From Bacilli bacterium (GTDB lineage Bacteria; Bacillota_I; Bacilli_A; RFN20; CAG-826), in contig JAGBLL010000041.1 in NCBI GenBank assembly GCA_017635465.1, forward strand, positions 17,685 through 81,684: DNA of 64,000 nt, given 5' to 3'. Shown one piece after another: positions 26,311 through 38,574 of the stretch. A program made the position numbers and the translations under genes. The notes below the pieces were generated by a model. The model saw nothing but the letters and a program-made list of their open reading frames with translations, was not told where the DNA came from and did not search any database. Positions within the stretch are counted from its first letter, which is position 1, and each line of letters begins with the position of its first letter.

Positions 26311-27312
26311 TCAACGGAGAGCGTCTTCTCTTTCTTTTTTAGTTAAGACTGCTTCACCACTAGCGTGGTTAATAATCATTCTAGAAAGATTAACAATCGC
26401 TCTTTCATCTGAGTTACCACGCGCTTTAATAACGAGTTTTCTTGTACCTAAGACAATACCACCACCTAAAGCGGAAATATCATATGATTTCATTAAATAT
26501 TGAGCGACTTCCATGAATTCTGGTCTATTTCTCTTTTTAGAAAGAACAACGATATCAGTGATGATACGTTTAGCCATACCTTCAACATTCTTTAAAACTT
26601 GGTTACCAGCAAAACCATCACAAACGATGACATCAACATCACCAGTTAATGTATTGTTGCCTTCAATGTTACCAACGAAATTGATTTCCTTATCTTCTTG
26701 TAAAATTGGGAATGTTTCTTTAACTAAGTGGTTACCTTTTGTTGGTTCCGCACCATTAGATAATAAACCAACACGAGGTTTTTCAATTTGATACATTCTT
26801 CTCATTAAGTCGCTACCTAACTTCGCAAAAGAATGTAATTGACCAGATGAACAGTCAATGGTTGCACCTGTATCCACTAAAGCGGTATAACTGCCCTTAC
26901 CATTTGGTAAGATAGCGGCCATACATGGTCTAGTCTTATTTTCATCCGCTAAGAATCTAAAAGAACCCATGAGAATGGCGCCACTACTACCAGCGGTAAT
27001 CATGCCAGCGTAGTCTTCATCATCTTTACCGGCTTCTTTCATCGCTTGGACTAATGAAGCTTGTGGCTTATTCATGATGCCAGTATATGGGTTTTCATAG
27101 TTTGTAATTGTTTCTTCAGCAGGAATAATCTTTAAACGTGATTGATCGATGCCAAGTTCTTTGATTTTTTCATTAATTAAGCCTTCTGGGCCCACTAAAG
27201 TGATTGATAAGTTAGGAAATTCTTTTAAAGCCATAGAAACGCCTAAAATAATCGTTTCTGGTCCTTTATCGCTTCCTAAAGCATCAATGACGATTTTGTA
27301 TTGTTTTTCCAT
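26311..27312 (-). CDS. plsX: Phosphate acyltransferase PlsX
   Basis: 333 aa. N-terminus KIVIDALGSDKGPE, a typical PlsX pattern, followed by acpP. Confidence 0.9.
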   Translation of the reverse strand: MEKQYKIVIDALGSDKGPETIILGVSMALKEFPNLSITLVGPEGLINEKIKELGIDQSRLKIIPAEETITNYENPYTGIMNKPQASLVQAMKEAGKDDEDYAGMITAGSSGAILMGSFRFLADENKTRPCMAAILPNGKGSYTALVDTGATIDCSSGQLHSFAKLGSDLMRRMYQIEKPRVGLLSNGAEPTKGNHLVKETFPILQEDKEINFVGNIEGNNTLTGDVDVIVCDGFAGNQVLKNVEGMAKRIITDIVVLSKKRNRPEFMEVAQYLMKSYDISALGGGIVLGTRKLVIKARGNSDERAIVNLSRMIINHASGEAVLTKKEREDALR

Positions 27313-27341
27313 AATGCTATATGTCCCTTTTCACAAAGGTT

Positions 27342-27350
27342 ATTATAGCA
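27342..27350 (-). promoter_or_regulatory. Candidate extended -10 element ahead of plsX
   Basis: Minus strand TGCTATAAT, ~30 nt upstream of the plsX ATG. No convincing -35. Confidence 0.3.
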
Positions 27351-27372
27351 TATTTATGTTATATAAATAAAT

Positions 27373-27981
27373 CTATTGTCTACCGTAGAGATAATAGTAG
27401 TTATCGTTTGTAAATCTTAAAGCCACTAATTCTTCGTATGGGGCATACATAAGTGTGAATATACCAGCGTCGATAGAACGGTCAACGCCAATATCATCTT
27501 TTGCGGTTAAAACGATAACATCAAGTTTGTAATTGATAGATTGTTCACTAACATAATTATCACCATTTACGGTTTCATAATTAACGCCTTGATAAGTGAA
27601 GGCTGGGAATTTTTTATAAACTGGTAAACCTTTCCAACCTGTTTCACCTTTTTCTCCTGGAGTCACCTGACTTGGTTGAGCAGGTGCATAACTACTTGTT
27701 GCTGGGCTCTTACTTCCTTGAGCGGAACCTGGATTAGACGATGCTACTGGGCTTTGACTTGTATCTGTTTGTCTACCTTTTGGAGAGAACATATCAATTG
27801 AGAATGAGCTAACGACCACTGCAAAGAGAGCTGTAGTTAAAACAGCGGTTGGAATAACGACCTTTGGCCATAGAGGAATACGTTCGAACCAAGATTTTTT
27901 CTTAACCTTGTACGGATTCTTTGCAAATTTATCGAGCTTCGCCATCCCCCTTTTGCGAAGCTTCTTTTCGATATCGTTCAT
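27373..27981 (-). CDS. Single-pass membrane protein, candidate anti-sigma factor
   Basis: Its start overlaps the sigma gene stop (ATGA, 27978-27981). Basic N-terminus, one TM helix (VVIPTAVLTTALFAVVV), an S/P/Q linker and an extracytoplasmic domain of ~95 aa. Confidence 0.6.
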   Translation of the reverse strand: MNDIEKKLRKRGMAKLDKFAKNPYKVKKKSWFERIPLWPKVVIPTAVLTTALFAVVVSSFSIDMFSPKGRQTDTSQSPVASSNPGSAQGSKSPATSSYAPAQPSQVTPGEKGETGWKGLPVYKKFPAFTYQGVNYETVNGDNYVSEQSINYKLDVIVLTAKDDIGVDRSIDAGIFTLMYAPYEELVALRFTNDNYYYLYGRQ

Positions 27982-28475
27982 CGTAGCTCCTTTCTCAGTT
28001 TCTCTAGAGCTTCAGCGTAGATTTTTCTCGCTGTAGACTCCGCAATACCTGTTAGTTCCACTATTTCTGGCCAGGTATATTGGAAAACTGCCTTGTAATA
28101 AGTAACAATCGTCTCTTTGTTGGTAAGTAGAGGTTCTAATAAATTGAGCATGACATTATAACTGTCTGTTTCCCCATACATCTCATCGATTAAATCGCTA
28201 TTCGCGGTTTCTTTTTTCTTTCTTAAAAAGTCCAAAGCGGTGTTTCTTGAAATAGTTGTTAAGAAAGACTTAATTTTCGATGGATCTTTTAAGTCAGTAC
28301 GATGTTCCATGGCCTTAATAAAAGCGTCATTCAAAACATCTTCACAATCTTCTGGTTGTGAGATGTAGGAAGCGATGACGAAGTACATGAGATTTTTATA
28401 TTCTTCATAGACTTCACCCATGGCTTCTTGATTACCTTGAATGAACGCATGGATCGTTTTTGGGGAAATGCTCAT
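27978..28475 (-). CDS. ECF-type sigma-70 family RNA polymerase sigma factor
   Basis: 165 aa. Region-2-like segment (YKNLMYFVIASYI...EDVLNDAFIKA) and a region-4 HTH (WPEIVELTGIAESTARKIY). Confidence 0.65.
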   Translation of the reverse strand: MSISPKTIHAFIQGNQEAMGEVYEEYKNLMYFVIASYISQPEDCEDVLNDAFIKAMEHRTDLKDPSKIKSFLTTISRNTALDFLRKKKETANSDLIDEMYGETDSYNVMLNLLEPLLTNKETIVTYYKAVFQYTWPEIVELTGIAESTARKIYAEALEKLRKELR

Positions 28476-28591
28476 TTGGCACCTCTACTACTTAAGACGA
28501 ATTGCAGAAAGGAATCTGCTAGAAAAAATTGTATATTTTTTAACTATAGAATACTAGTTTTTTAAATTATTTTGATTAATTCAAGATAAAG

Positions 28592-28620
28592 AAAAAAGAG
28601 CCACTCTTTCGAATGACTCT
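28592..28620 (-). terminator. Possible rho-independent terminator after rpoC
   Basis: Minus strand AGAGTCA-10 nt loop-TGGCTCT (one G-U pair) followed by T6. The stem is weak. Confidence 0.4.
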
Positions 28621-28638
28621 TATTGATTTAGGTAGAAA

Positions 28639-31600
28639 CTACTTCTTTTCTTCGTCTAAGACACGAATCTTTTCGTTAATTTCTTTAACTTTTCTTTCGT
28701 GTTCTTCAACGTATCTATCACTCACTTCTCTCATGGTTTCTAAGACATCAAAGTTATTGGAGATATCATCGGCTTTGTCTTCGGCCATTAAGCCACGACC
28801 CGCTGGGATAAGGTGACCAGTAATGACGTTTTCTTTTAAGCCGTGTAAGTAGTCTGTTTTGCCCTTAATAGCAGCATCTGTTAAGACACGTGTTGTTTCT
28901 TGGAAGGAAGCCGCGGATAAGAATGATTCTGTTTCCAAAGCGGACTTTGTAATACCAAGGATTAATGGTGAGAAGACAGCAGGATGCTTACCATTGATGA
29001 GAGCATCGTTGTTCTTCGCTGTGAATGTATTCACGTTCACACGTGTGCCACTTAACATATCGGTATCGCCAGCTTCAATGACTAAGACTTTTCTTAACAT
29101 TTGTCTAACGATAACTTCGATGTGCTTATCGGAAATACCGATGGATTGAGCACTATAGACTTTTTGAACTTCTTTTAAGATGTAGTTTTCAACAGCGGTA
29201 ACATCGGCCACTTCAAGTAATTTCTTAGGAGAAATAGCACCTTCTGTGATCTTACCACCATTTTTGACGAAGTCGCCTTTCTTGACTCTAAGTCTAGCAC
29301 CGAAGTTTGTGGTGTATTCTTTTTCATCAAGATCGTTCTTAACGGTGACTAAATAGCAACCATTCTTTTCTTCAATCTTAGTAACAGTACCAGAGATTTC
29401 AGAGATTAAGGCTTCGCCCTTAGGTGTACGCGCTTCAAATAATTCTTGAACACGAGGTAAACCTTGAGTAATGTCAGATCCCGCAACACCACCGGTGTGG
29501 AATGTTCTCATGGTTAATTGTGTACCTGGTTCACCAATTGATTGAGCCGCCATAATACCAACAGCTTCACCAACTTGGACTCTTCTACCAGTTGCTAAGT
29601 TACGACCATAGCAGTGGACACAAACGCCATCTTTTGTTTCACAACCGAATAAGTTACGAATGACGACAGATTTGATACCGGCATCAACGATTTCTTTGGC
29701 TTCTTTTTCGTGAATCATGGTGTTACCTGGAACAATGATTTCACCTGTTTGAGGATTGACGACATCGTTAAGGGTGAAACGACCGACTAAACGATCTTCT
29801 AATTTAACGATGACAGCATCTCTAGCGGAGTCTCTGATTTCAAAGACTTCGAAGCCATGGTCAGTGCCGCAGTCTTCTTCTCTAACGATAACGTCTTGAG
29901 AAACGTCGACTAATCTTCTAGTTAAGTAACCAGAGTCAGCGGTCTTTAACGCGGTATCAGCACCACCCTTACGAGCACCGTGGGTAGCAATGAAGAATTC
30001 TGACACGTTCATACCTTCACGGAAACATGATTTAACTGGGAGTTCGATAGTAGAACCAGAGGTACTACCCATCAAGCCTCTCATACCGGCTAATTGGAGA
30101 ATATTGGAGATATTACCACGAGCACCGGAATCGGACATCATGAAGATTGGGTTACGTGTATCTTGTTTGAATTGAACTTCAAGTTTCTTTTGAACTTGGT
30201 CTTTGACCTTTTCCCAGACTTCAACGACTTGTTTATGTCTTTCTTCATTGGTCAACATACCCATTTCGTATAATTCTTTTAAGTTCGCGACTTTGTCATC
30301 GCCTTCTTTTAAGATTTCTTCTTTGCCTTTAACAGCGTGGATATCACTTAAGGAGACGGTTAAGCCAGCGACTGTGGAATAATGGAAGCCTTGGTCTTTA
30401 ATCTTATCCAAGACCGCACTGGTCTTTGGATTACCTTGTCTATCATAACGTTGGAAAATTTCGTTAATGATTAAGCCGAGGTGTTTCTTATTGAATGGCT
30501 TTAAGATTGGACGAGCAGCGATGAATTCTGGAATATTTGTACCACGTGGGGCAAAATATGTCTTCACCACTTCTTGATCGCCTCTTAATGAAGCCTCACT
30601 TACTTCGTTTAAATATGGGAAGTCACTTGGGAAGATAAGGTTGAAGATAACTTTACCAACAGAAGTAATTAAGTAGCTCTTATTTTGTTCTTCAGTGAAA
30701 TCCTTCTTCATCATTGCACTACCTAATAAGGCAATACGGTTATGTAAGTGAATTTGTTTTGTTTGATACGCTCTAATGACATCATCGACATCTTTAAAGA
30801 CTTTACCTTCACTAGCGGCATAGAGTTCATATCTTTCCGCTTCTTCAACGTCTTTACGTGCACGTAATTCCTTAGCAATTCTTAAGAAATCTTCTTTTGT
30901 GCTTTCAAGAGTTAAATAGTAGTTACCAATAACCATGTCTTGGGATGGTGTAACGATTGGTTTACCATCTTTAGGACCAAGAATGTTATTAGAGGCTAAC
31001 ATTAAGTGTAAAGCTTCTTCTTGAGCGGCTTTAGATAATGGGACGTGAACGGCCATTTGGTCACCATCGAAGTCAGCGTTGAAACCGGTACAAACGAGTG
31101 GGTGTAAACGGATGGCACGACCATCAACTAAGATTGGTTGGAAGGCTTGGATACCAAGTCTATGTAATGTAGGAGCACGGTTTAATAAAACTGGGTGCTT
31201 AGAAATGATTTCTTCAACAATATCAAAGACGACATCATCATATCTATCGATAATCTTATCGGCTTGTTTATGAGCGTTAGCAACGCCTCTTTTTAAGAGT
31301 TCACAAGCGATGAATGGTCTTAATAATTGAATAGCCATTTCTCTTGGTAAACCACATTGATACATCTTTAAGAATGGACCAACGGCGATAACGGAACGAC
31401 CAGAGTAGTCGACACGTTTACCAAGTAAGTTTTGTCTGAAACGACCTTGTTTACCTTTAAGTGCACTACTTAAGGACTTAAGGGCACGGCCACCAGGACC
31501 TTGAACTGGTTTATTTCTTCTGCCGTTATCAATGAGAGCGTCAACAGCTTCTTGAAGCATACGTTTTTCGTTCATCAAGATAACTTGAGGAGAGTTCATA

Positions 31601-32565
31601 TCGATTAATTTCTTTAAACGGTTATTACGGGAGATAACTCTACGATATAAATCGTTTAAGTCGGAGGTAGCAAATCTACCACCATCGAGTTGTAACATAG
31701 GTCTTAAATCTGGTGGAATGACTGGAATGACATCCAAAATCATCCATTCAGGTTTATTGTCGGAAGCACGGAAAGCTTCAATGACTTCGAGTCTCTTTGT
31801 TAATTTTTGACGGGAAGTAGATTTTGTTTCCTTCATCTTACGGTTGATTTCTGCCGCTTCTTTATCAAGATCGACTTCTTGTAAAAGTCTCTTAATAGCC
31901 GCAGCACCTTCAGAGAATTCTGCACCTGTGTATTTGTTAATGAATCTAGCGACGGTTTGGAAATCGAAGACTTCACCATGGTTTTCCATTCTGGCGATTA
32001 ATTCTTCACTTCTCGCGTAATCGTCACTACCTTCTTGTAAACCCCATTCAGCGGCGTTTTCTTGAATTTCTTTAACCGCTGGGATAAAGACTTCACGACC
32101 GTTTCTTTCGTTAATGAATTCACGATATTGGAGTTTTGTGGATTTACCTGGATTTAAGCAGATATGGGCAGCGTAATATGTGACTTCTTCTAAGTGTTTT
32201 GGAGAAACATCTAAGATTAAGCCAATACGGCTTGGGATACCTTTTAAATACCAAATATGTGAACATGGGCTAGCAAGTTCAATGTGACCCATTCTTTCTC
32301 TTCTAACTTCCTTAGAAGTGACTTCAACGCCACACTTTTCACAAACGACACCGGCAAATCTAATCTTCTTATATTTACCACAGTGACATTCATAATCTTT
32401 GCTAGGTCCAAAGATCTTTTCGCAGTATAAACCTTGCATTTCTGGTTTTTGGCTACGATAGTTAATTGTTTCTGGTTTTAAGACTTCACCATGGGACCAA
32501 CTACGGATTGTTTCTGGGGAGGCTAAACCGACTTTAATCGCTGCTAATCTTTTAACATCAAACAT
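28639..32565 (-). CDS. rpoC: DNA-directed RNA polymerase subunit beta'
   Basis: 1308 aa. Zinc-binding [20 protein letters not shown] and the catalytic NADFDGD motif. Confidence 0.98.
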   Translation of the reverse strand: MFDVKRLAAIKVGLASPETIRSWSHGEVLKPETINYRSQKPEMQGLYCEKIFGPSKDYECHCGKYKKIRFAGVVCEKCGVEVTSKEVRRERMGHIELASPCSHIWYLKGIPSRIGLILDVSPKHLEEVTYYAAHICLNPGKSTKLQYREFINERNGREVFIPAVKEIQENAAEWGLQEGSDDYARSEELIARMENHGEVFDFQTVARFINKYTGAEFSEGAAAIKRLLQEVDLDKEAAEINRKMKETKSTSRQKLTKRLEVIEAFRASDNKPEWMILDVIPVIPPDLRPMLQLDGGRFATSDLNDLYRRVISRNNRLKKLIDMNSPQVILMNEKRMLQEAVDALIDNGRRNKPVQGPGGRALKSLSSALKGKQGRFRQNLLGKRVDYSGRSVIAVGPFLKMYQCGLPREMAIQLLRPFIACELLKRGVANAHKQADKIIDRYDDVVFDIVEEIISKHPVLLNRAPTLHRLGIQAFQPILVDGRAIRLHPLVCTGFNADFDGDQMAVHVPLSKAAQEEALHLMLASNNILGPKDGKPIVTPSQDMVIGNYYLTLESTKEDFLRIAKELRARKDVEEAERYELYAASEGKVFKDVDDVIRAYQTKQIHLHNRIALLGSAMMKKDFTEEQNKSYLITSVGKVIFNLIFPSDFPYLNEVSEASLRGDQEVVKTYFAPRGTNIPEFIAARPILKPFNKKHLGLIINEIFQRYDRQGNPKTSAVLDKIKDQGFHYSTVAGLTVSLSDIHAVKGKEEILKEGDDKVANLKELYEMGMLTNEERHKQVVEVWEKVKDQVQKKLEVQFKQDTRNPIFMMSDSGARGNISNILQLAGMRGLMGSTSGSTIELPVKSCFREGMNVSEFFIATHGARKGGADTALKTADSGYLTRRLVDVSQDVIVREEDCGTDHGFEVFEIRDSARDAVIVKLEDRLVGRFTLNDVVNPQTGEIIVPGNTMIHEKEAKEIVDAGIKSVVIRNLFGCETKDGVCVHCYGRNLATGRRVQVGEAVGIMAAQSIGEPGTQLTMRTFHTGGVAGSDITQGLPRVQELFEARTPKGEALISEISGTVTKIEEKNGCYLVTVKNDLDEKEYTTNFGARLRVKKGDFVKNGGKITEGAISPKKLLEVADVTAVENYILKEVQKVYSAQSIGISDKHIEVIVRQMLRKVLVIEAGDTDMLSGTRVNVNTFTAKNNDALINGKHPAVFSPLILGITKSALETESFLSAASFQETTRVLTDAAIKGKTDYLHGLKENVITGHLIPAGRGLMAEDKADDISNNFDVLETMREVSDRYVEEHERKVKEINEKIRVLDEEKK

Positions 32566-32580
32566 AATCTTTTATCCTCC

Positions 32581-35500
32581 TTATTCTCCGAAGACGTCAT
32601 CCGCTGAGCGGCTTGACATACCCACGGCTTCTTCATCAACAATTGAATCAGAACTACTACCATCACCGATTAAGTTACGGATGTTGGAGTTAATTCTTCT
32701 TTCTTCCTTCTCGGCTTCTTTAGCAAGAGCGTCCATATCGATGGCGTTACCTTCTTGGTCAAGAAGTGTGACGTTCATGGATAAGGCTTGTAATTCTTTA
32801 ACTAAAACCTTGAAGGCTTCTGGGATACCTGGTTTTGGTAATGGTTGATCCTTAATGATAGCTTCATAAGTCTTTCTTCTACCGACTCTATCATCGGACT
32901 TAATGGTGATGATTTCTTGTAAGACATGGGCGGCGCCATAAGCTTCAAGAGCCCAGACTTCCATTTCACCAAATCTTTGACCACCATTTTGCGCTTTACC
33001 ACCAAGTGGTTGTTGTGTAACTAAGCTATATGGACCAGTTGCACGAGCGTGTAATTTATCATCGACCATGTGGACAAGTTTAATCATGTACATACAGCCA
33101 ACGGTAATTCTTTCGTCAAATCTTTCACCGGTTGTACCATCATAAAGAATTGTTTTGCCGGATGGATCCATTTTGGCTTTTTGCATCATATCTAAGATTT
33201 CTTCATTGGTAATACCATCGAAAACTGGGGTAGCAATCTTATAGCCTAATTGTTTTAAGGCATAGCCTAAGTGGACTTCAAGAATTTGACCGATATTCAT
33301 ACGAGATGGAACGCCTAATGGGTTGAGCATGATGTCAACTGGTGTACCATCTGGAAGGAATGGCATATCGCATTCTGGTAAGATACGGGAAATAACACCC
33401 TTGTTACCATGACGACCAGACATCTTATCACCTTCGGAGATCTTTCTCTTTTGGACGATGTAGACTCTGACGACTTCGTTAACTCCTGGTGGGAGTTCGA
33501 CGTCTTTGGATTTGCCTTCACGTTTGAAAATCTTCACGTCTAAGACGATACCAGCACCACCGTGTGGGACACGTAAGGAGGCATCTTTACCTTCATTGGT
33601 CTTTTCACCAAAGATGGCCATTAATAATTTGCCTTCTGGAGTTGGTTCGCTTTGGCCACGAGGAGTGACTTTACCGACTAAGATGTCGCCTTCTTTCACT
33701 TCTGCGCCTGGAACGATAATACCACGTTCGTCTAAGTTAGCTTTAGCAGCTTCGCTGACGTTTGGAATATCGCGGGTGATTTCTTCATCACCTAATTTTG
33801 GAATGCTTCTGCATTCGAGTTCATATTTTTCAATGTGAATTGATGTATAAACGTCATCTTTCACTAATCTTTCTGACATGATGACAGCGTCTTCATAGTT
33901 ATAACCATTCCATGTCATGAAGGCGATTGTGACGTTTTGACCTAAGGCTAAGTCACCGTTATCCATGGCTGGACCATCAGCGATGATTTGACCTTTTTTA
34001 ACTTTTTGACCAACTTTGACAATGCTTTGTTGGTTAATGCATGTGCCTTGGTTGCTTCTTTCGAATTTTTGAAGTTGATAAACACGTGGTTCAACATTGC
34101 CGTTTTCCACGACTTCAATTGTGCGGGAATCGGTATAAGTGACGGTACCATCTTCCACGGCGACAACTGCAAGACCAGAGTCACGGGCAATTTGATGTTC
34201 AAGACCAGTGCCAACGAGTGGAGCGTGTGGTCTTAATAATGGTAAGGCTTGACGTTGCATGTTAGAACCCATAAGGGCACGCATTGTATCGTCGTTTTCT
34301 AAGAATGGAATACATCCAGCGGCGATAGAAACGATTTGTTTTGGAGAAACGTCGACGTAGTCAACATCTTCTCTATTAGCCATAACGTTTTCGCCTTTAT
34401 AACGAGCGATGACGTGTTCATCAAGGATTCTACCATCGGCATCAAGGTTGATGTTTGCTTCAGCGATGACATAATCCCATTCTTCATCAGCGGATAAATA
34501 AACGGAATCTTCAGCTTCGCTTAAAACTCTACATGTGGCCTTATCCACGCGTCTATATGGTGTTTCAATAAATCCATATTTATTTATTTTCGCGTATGAG
34601 GCGAGGTTGTTAATCAAACCAATGTTTTGACCTTCAGGTGTTTCAATTGGACAAATACGACCATAGTGAGAGACGTGAACGTCACGCACTTCAGTAGAAG
34701 CTCTATCTCTTGTTAAACCACCAGGACCTAAAGCGGATAATCTACGTTTATTTGTTAATTCCGCGAGTGGGTTTGTTTGATCCATGAATTGTGATAATTG
34801 AGAAGACGCGAAGAATTCTCTGATTGATGCACTTAATGGACGTGGGTTGATTAAGGCTTTTGGTTTGACATTGCCTAAATCAGAGATGGACATCTTTTGT
34901 TGGACGGTTTTGACCATTTTGGCTAAACCTAAACGGAATTGGTTTTGAATTAATTCGCCAACACAACGGATACGTCTATTACCTAAGTGGTCGATATCAT
35001 CGGTATCACCGAATCCATCCATCACATTTAAGAAATAGGAGAAACAGGCGAGGATGTCACTTATTGTGACGTAAGAAGCGGTACCATTTAAGTCTGTACC
35101 AACGATGTTACAAACTTTCTTTTCACGGTCGTTATTATAAACTTTAACGACGTTGACGATACCATGGTCATCGAGTTTATCATTGACTTTAAGCTTCTTC
35201 ATGTGAGCGCCTTTTTCAAAGAAGTCTTCATCTCTTAACGCGTCGACATCAGCGGCGGTTAATGTGTAGCCTTTTTTGAAGCGGAGTTCACCATCAGCAT
35301 CAACGAGGTTTTCCGCGAGGGTACGACCTGTTAATCTGTTATAAACGCCTAATTTCTTGATGTATTTAAAGCGGCCCGCTCTACCGAGGTCATAATGTTT
35401 ACCATCGAAGAATTTTTGCACTAAGAAATTGATAGTGCCTTCTTCAGTAACTGGTTCACCTGGTTTCATCTTCTTAAAGATTTCCACTAAAGCAGCTTTA

Positions 35501-36201
35501 GCGGTTTTGATTTTTTGATCATCATCTTTATCTAATGTGGCTTTTAAGGCGACTGATTCACCAAAGAGTTTTAAAATATCACTACTTTCTTCTAAACCTA
35601 AGGCTCTTAAGAATGTTGTAGCGTTAAGTTTTCTTTGACGGTCAATACGAAGGCTTAATAAATCTTTTGTGCCACTTTCGAATTGTAACCATGTACCACG
35701 ACCAGGAATGAGGTCTGCTTCGTAAGTAACTTTACCTGTCTTAATATCTTTTGTTAAAGACATGTATGCGCCTGGGGAACGAACTAATTGGGAAACGATA
35801 ACACGTTCCGCACCATTGACGATGAATGTACCAGACTTGGTCATTAATGGGAATTCACCCATATAGACTTCAGATTCTTGGATTTCACCGGTGTCATGGT
35901 GAGTTAAACGTAACATGACATAGATTGGCGCACTATAGGTGAGATCTTGAGCTTTACATTGTAAGAATGTATGCTTTGGTTCACCAAAACGGATTGAGAC
36001 ATAGTCAATTGATAATGTATTTGTGTAGTTAACAATTGGGAATGATTCTCTAAAGACTTCATCTAATCCTTTTTCTTTAAACTCTTCGTATGATTTTGTT
36101 TGAATTTCAACAAGGTTTGGTAAAGGTAATTTGCCAGAAATCTTGCTGTAATCATAACGATTATTGTTGAGTTTATTTAAGTTCTCAATATTTCTAATCA
36201 T
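32581..36201 (-). CDS. rpoB: DNA-directed RNA polymerase subunit beta
   Basis: 1206 aa. Conserved blocks such as [24 protein letters not shown] and [14 protein letters not shown]. Confidence 0.98.
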   Translation of the reverse strand: MIRNIENLNKLNNNRYDYSKISGKLPLPNLVEIQTKSYEEFKEKGLDEVFRESFPIVNYTNTLSIDYVSIRFGEPKHTFLQCKAQDLTYSAPIYVMLRLTHHDTGEIQESEVYMGEFPLMTKSGTFIVNGAERVIVSQLVRSPGAYMSLTKDIKTGKVTYEADLIPGRGTWLQFESGTKDLLSLRIDRQRKLNATTFLRALGLEESSDILKLFGESVALKATLDKDDDQKIKTAKAALVEIFKKMKPGEPVTEEGTINFLVQKFFDGKHYDLGRAGRFKYIKKLGVYNRLTGRTLAENLVDADGELRFKKGYTLTAADVDALRDEDFFEKGAHMKKLKVNDKLDDHGIVNVVKVYNNDREKKVCNIVGTDLNGTASYVTISDILACFSYFLNVMDGFGDTDDIDHLGNRRIRCVGELIQNQFRLGLAKMVKTVQQKMSISDLGNVKPKALINPRPLSASIREFFASSQLSQFMDQTNPLAELTNKRRLSALGPGGLTRDRASTEVRDVHVSHYGRICPIETPEGQNIGLINNLASYAKINKYGFIETPYRRVDKATCRVLSEAEDSVYLSADEEWDYVIAEANINLDADGRILDEHVIARYKGENVMANREDVDYVDVSPKQIVSIAAGCIPFLENDDTMRALMGSNMQRQALPLLRPHAPLVGTGLEHQIARDSGLAVVAVEDGTVTYTDSRTIEVVENGNVEPRVYQLQKFERSNQGTCINQQSIVKVGQKVKKGQIIADGPAMDNGDLALGQNVTIAFMTWNGYNYEDAVIMSERLVKDDVYTSIHIEKYELECRSIPKLGDEEITRDIPNVSEAAKANLDERGIIVPGAEVKEGDILVGKVTPRGQSEPTPEGKLLMAIFGEKTNEGKDASLRVPHGGAGIVLDVKIFKREGKSKDVELPPGVNEVVRVYIVQKRKISEGDKMSGRHGNKGVISRILPECDMPFLPDGTPVDIMLNPLGVPSRMNIGQILEVHLGYALKQLGYKIATPVFDGITNEEILDMMQKAKMDPSGKTILYDGTTGERFDERITVGCMYMIKLVHMVDDKLHARATGPYSLVTQQPLGGKAQNGGQRFGEMEVWALEAYGAAHVLQEIITIKSDDRVGRRKTYEAIIKDQPLPKPGIPEAFKVLVKELQALSMNVTLLDQEGNAIDMDALAKEAEKEERRINSNIRNLIGDGSSSDSIVDEEAVGMSSRSADDVFGE

Positions 36202-36218
36202 ATAATGGCTCCTTTTAA

Positions 36219-36824
36219 TTATTGTTTGCTCTTGGTAGCTCGATAGATGTAATAGCCTTTGTCACGCTTAAGCAAGGTGATGTTACCGAATATAGATTCG
36301 ATATATTTACTCGCACTAGGCGCGCCTTGTGCTTTTCTTATGACGATATACAAAGAGCCGCCATCAATTAAGTATTGCTTTGCCTCCTCATACATGCGGT
36401 AGGTCACTGCCTTACCAGCACGAATTGGGGGGTTCACAACAATTGAATCATATGGTCCTTCAATCTTTTCGTAGATGTCACTTTGAAGGATAGTGACTCG
36501 TGGGCTTAATTTTAGTAGTTCCGCGTTACGCTTGCATAACGCAACTGCGCGCGGATTAACATCAGCAAGGGTAATCCTTGCTTGTTCGTGGGCTTTGGCA
36601 AGAGTTAAGCCAATCGTGCCATAGCCACAACCTAAATCGAGAATCGTATTTCCTAAGTCGAGGGGTAGTAAGACCTTAAGGAAGGCATAACTACCCTCAT
36701 CGACATTACTTTTAGAAAATACACCATTATCAGTGAGTAATTTCATAGTGATGCCATTAATTTCAAAGCTGATCTCTTTAATATTTGAAGCAAGATTGGG
36801 ATCGTCTTGAAAATAGTGACTCAT
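36219..36824 (-). CDS. Class I SAM-dependent methyltransferase, RsmC/YbxB-like (rRNA m2G type)
   Basis: [11 protein letters not shown] motif and NPPIRAGK motif. It occupies the rplL-rpoB position, as ybxB does in Bacillus (from memory). Confidence 0.7.
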   Translation of the reverse strand: MSHYFQDDPNLASNIKEISFEINGITMKLLTDNGVFSKSNVDEGSYAFLKVLLPLDLGNTILDLGCGYGTIGLTLAKAHEQARITLADVNPRAVALCKRNAELLKLSPRVTILQSDIYEKIEGPYDSIVVNPPIRAGKAVTYRMYEEAKQYLIDGGSLYIVIRKAQGAPSASKYIESIFGNITLLKRDKGYYIYRATKSKQ

Positions 36825-36860
36825 TAGGCGAAATTACCCCCTAGAAAATGAAATTGGAAC

Positions 36861-37238
36861 TTACTTAACTTCGACTTCTGCACCAGCGGCTTCAAGAGCT
36901 TTCTTGTGTTCTTCAGCTTCGACTGGGGAGATGTGTTCTTTAACTGGTGCTGGAGCAGCATCAACTAATTTCTTGGCATCCATTAAGCCTAAGCCTGTGA
37001 TAGCTTGGACAGCTTTGATGACTTGGACTTTGGAAGCACCAGCAGCTTTTAAGATTAAGGAAACTTCGGCTGGACCTTTGTTTTCTTCTTCTTCAGCTGG
37101 AGCGGCAGCGGCAACACCGACTGGGGCGGCTGCTGTGACGCCGAATTCTTCTTCGACGGCTTTGACTAATTCATTTAATTCCACTACTGTCATTTCTTTT
37201 AATGCAGCAATGATTTCTTCATTTGTTAATTTTGCCAT
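36861..37238 (-). CDS. rplL: 50S ribosomal protein L7/L12
   Basis: 125 aa. Ala-rich hinge and a conserved C-terminal domain. Confidence 0.97.
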   Translation of the reverse strand: MAKLTNEEIIAALKEMTVVELNELVKAVEEEFGVTAAAPVGVAAAAPAEEEENKGPAEVSLILKAAGASKVQVIKAVQAITGLGLMDAKKLVDAAPAPVKEHISPVEAEEHKKALEAAGAEVEVK

Positions 37239-37262
37239 TGTGATAATCCTCCTAAATTGGCA

Positions 37263-37748
37263 TTATTTGTCCGCTACTGCCTTGACAGCGCAAGCGAAGG
37301 AGCGGATAGGTGCTTGTAAGCACGATAAGAACATGGAAATAAGACCTTCTCTGCCTGGAAGTTTTGCAACTTCGAGCATGCCGTTAGCGTCAACGAACTT
37401 TCCTTCGACGACACCACCTTTGACAACAAGAACGTCTTTGTGTCTTTTAGCATATTTGGCAATGACTTTTGCACCGCCGATAACATCTTTAGAGAAAACG
37501 ATAGCGTTTGGACCTTTTAAGATGTCGTTCATTTCGTTGTAACCTAATTCATCAACTGCACGTTCGACAAGAGAATTCTTATAAACGTTCATTTCAGCGT
37601 TTTCTTTGTGAAGAGCACGTCTGACTTCTTGAATTTGGGCAACTGTTAAACCACGATATTCACAAACGATAATGGTTTGGCTCTCTTTAGCTTTTTCGGT
37701 GATAGTTTTCACTGTCTCTGTTTTAGCTGCTAAGACTGCTTGATTCAT
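37263..37748 (-). CDS. rplJ: 50S ribosomal protein L10
   Basis: 161 aa, L10 pattern, directly upstream of rplL. Confidence 0.95.
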   Translation of the reverse strand: MNQAVLAAKTETVKTITEKAKESQTIIVCEYRGLTVAQIQEVRRALHKENAEMNVYKNSLVERAVDELGYNEMNDILKGPNAIVFSKDVIGGAKVIAKYAKRHKDVLVVKGGVVEGKFVDANGMLEVAKLPGREGLISMFLSCLQAPIRSFACAVKAVADK

Positions 37749-37879
37749 ATTCTTGACCTCCTTTTTCTAAAATTGTTTTGAAGGCTCCAATATACGGTGG
37801 GCTTTATAGATACGCCTCGGTAACATTATTAAGACTATTTCGTCCGTTACTGTCTTAGGTATATTGTGCTTTGTTTTAA
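37749..37879 (-). promoter_or_regulatory. Possible L10 (rplJ) autoregulatory leader
   Basis: A 131-nt untranslated spacer between rplA and rplJ, relatively G/C-containing. Firmicute rplJ genes commonly carry an L10-leader RNA here. I did not verify the fold. Confidence 0.3.
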
Positions 37880-38563
37880 TTAACGACCAGCAAATGTGAA
37901 TTGAATGGCTGGACCCATGGTCGTATGGATGACAGCTTTCTTGAAGTAGACGCCTTTAACTGAGGCTGGTTGAGCTTTTTTAACGGCTTCAACTAAGGCT
38001 GTTAAGTTTTCGGCGATCTTGTTGGCATCGAATGATACTTTAGCAATGCAAACGTGCATATTTGCTTCTTTATCAACACGATATTCAACTTTACCGGCTT
38101 TAATTTCTTTGATAGCTTTGGCGATATCTGGAGAAACTGTACCAGTCTTTGGGTTTGGCATTAAGCCTTTAGGACCTAACACTCTACCTAATTTACCGAT
38201 GTTACCCATCATGTTTGGAGTAGCGACGATGACATCGAAGTCAAACCAGTTTTCTTTTTGGATCTTTTCGAGCATTTCGTTACCACCAGCGAAATCGGCA
38301 CCAGCGGCTAAGGCATCATCAACTTTGTCGGTAATGGCTAAGACTTTTTTGGTTTTACCATTGCCATGTGGGAGGATGAGAGTTCCTCTGACTTGTTGAT
38401 CAGCTTGTTTTGGATCGACATTGAGTCTGAAACTAACATCGACAGTAGCATTGAACTTAACAGTGGAGGTTTCCTTCACTAAAGCGGCTGCTTCTTCGAT
38501 TGTATAGAGTTTGTTTGCGTCAACTTTTTCAGCGGCGGCTTTGTAAGATTTACTTCTGAACAT
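37880..38563 (-). CDS. rplA: 50S ribosomal protein L1
   Basis: 227 aa, L1 pattern ([21 protein letters not shown]...). Confidence 0.95.
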   Translation of the reverse strand: MFRSKSYKAAAEKVDANKLYTIEEAAALVKETSTVKFNATVDVSFRLNVDPKQADQQVRGTLILPHGNGKTKKVLAITDKVDDALAAGADFAGGNEMLEKIQKENWFDFDVIVATPNMMGNIGKLGRVLGPKGLMPNPKTGTVSPDIAKAIKEIKAGKVEYRVDKEANMHVCIAKVSFDANKIAENLTALVEAVKKAQPASVKGVYFKKAVIHTTMGPAIQFTFAGR

Positions 38564-38574
38564 GCCTATTCACC

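Noticed and set aside
36904-37542. A 212-aa plus-strand ORF, and many similar 60-150-aa ORFs in the track (e.g. 3798-4205, 6675-7139, 14244-14666, 33506-33838, 38019-38399, 40558-41010, 55478-55906, 56634-56951).
   Set aside because: All lie antisense to, or out of frame within, well-supported genes (rplL/rplJ, the lipoproteins, ABC genes, rpoB, rplA, ktrA and others). They lack SD sequences and have low-complexity or compositionally odd translations. They are shadow ORFs.
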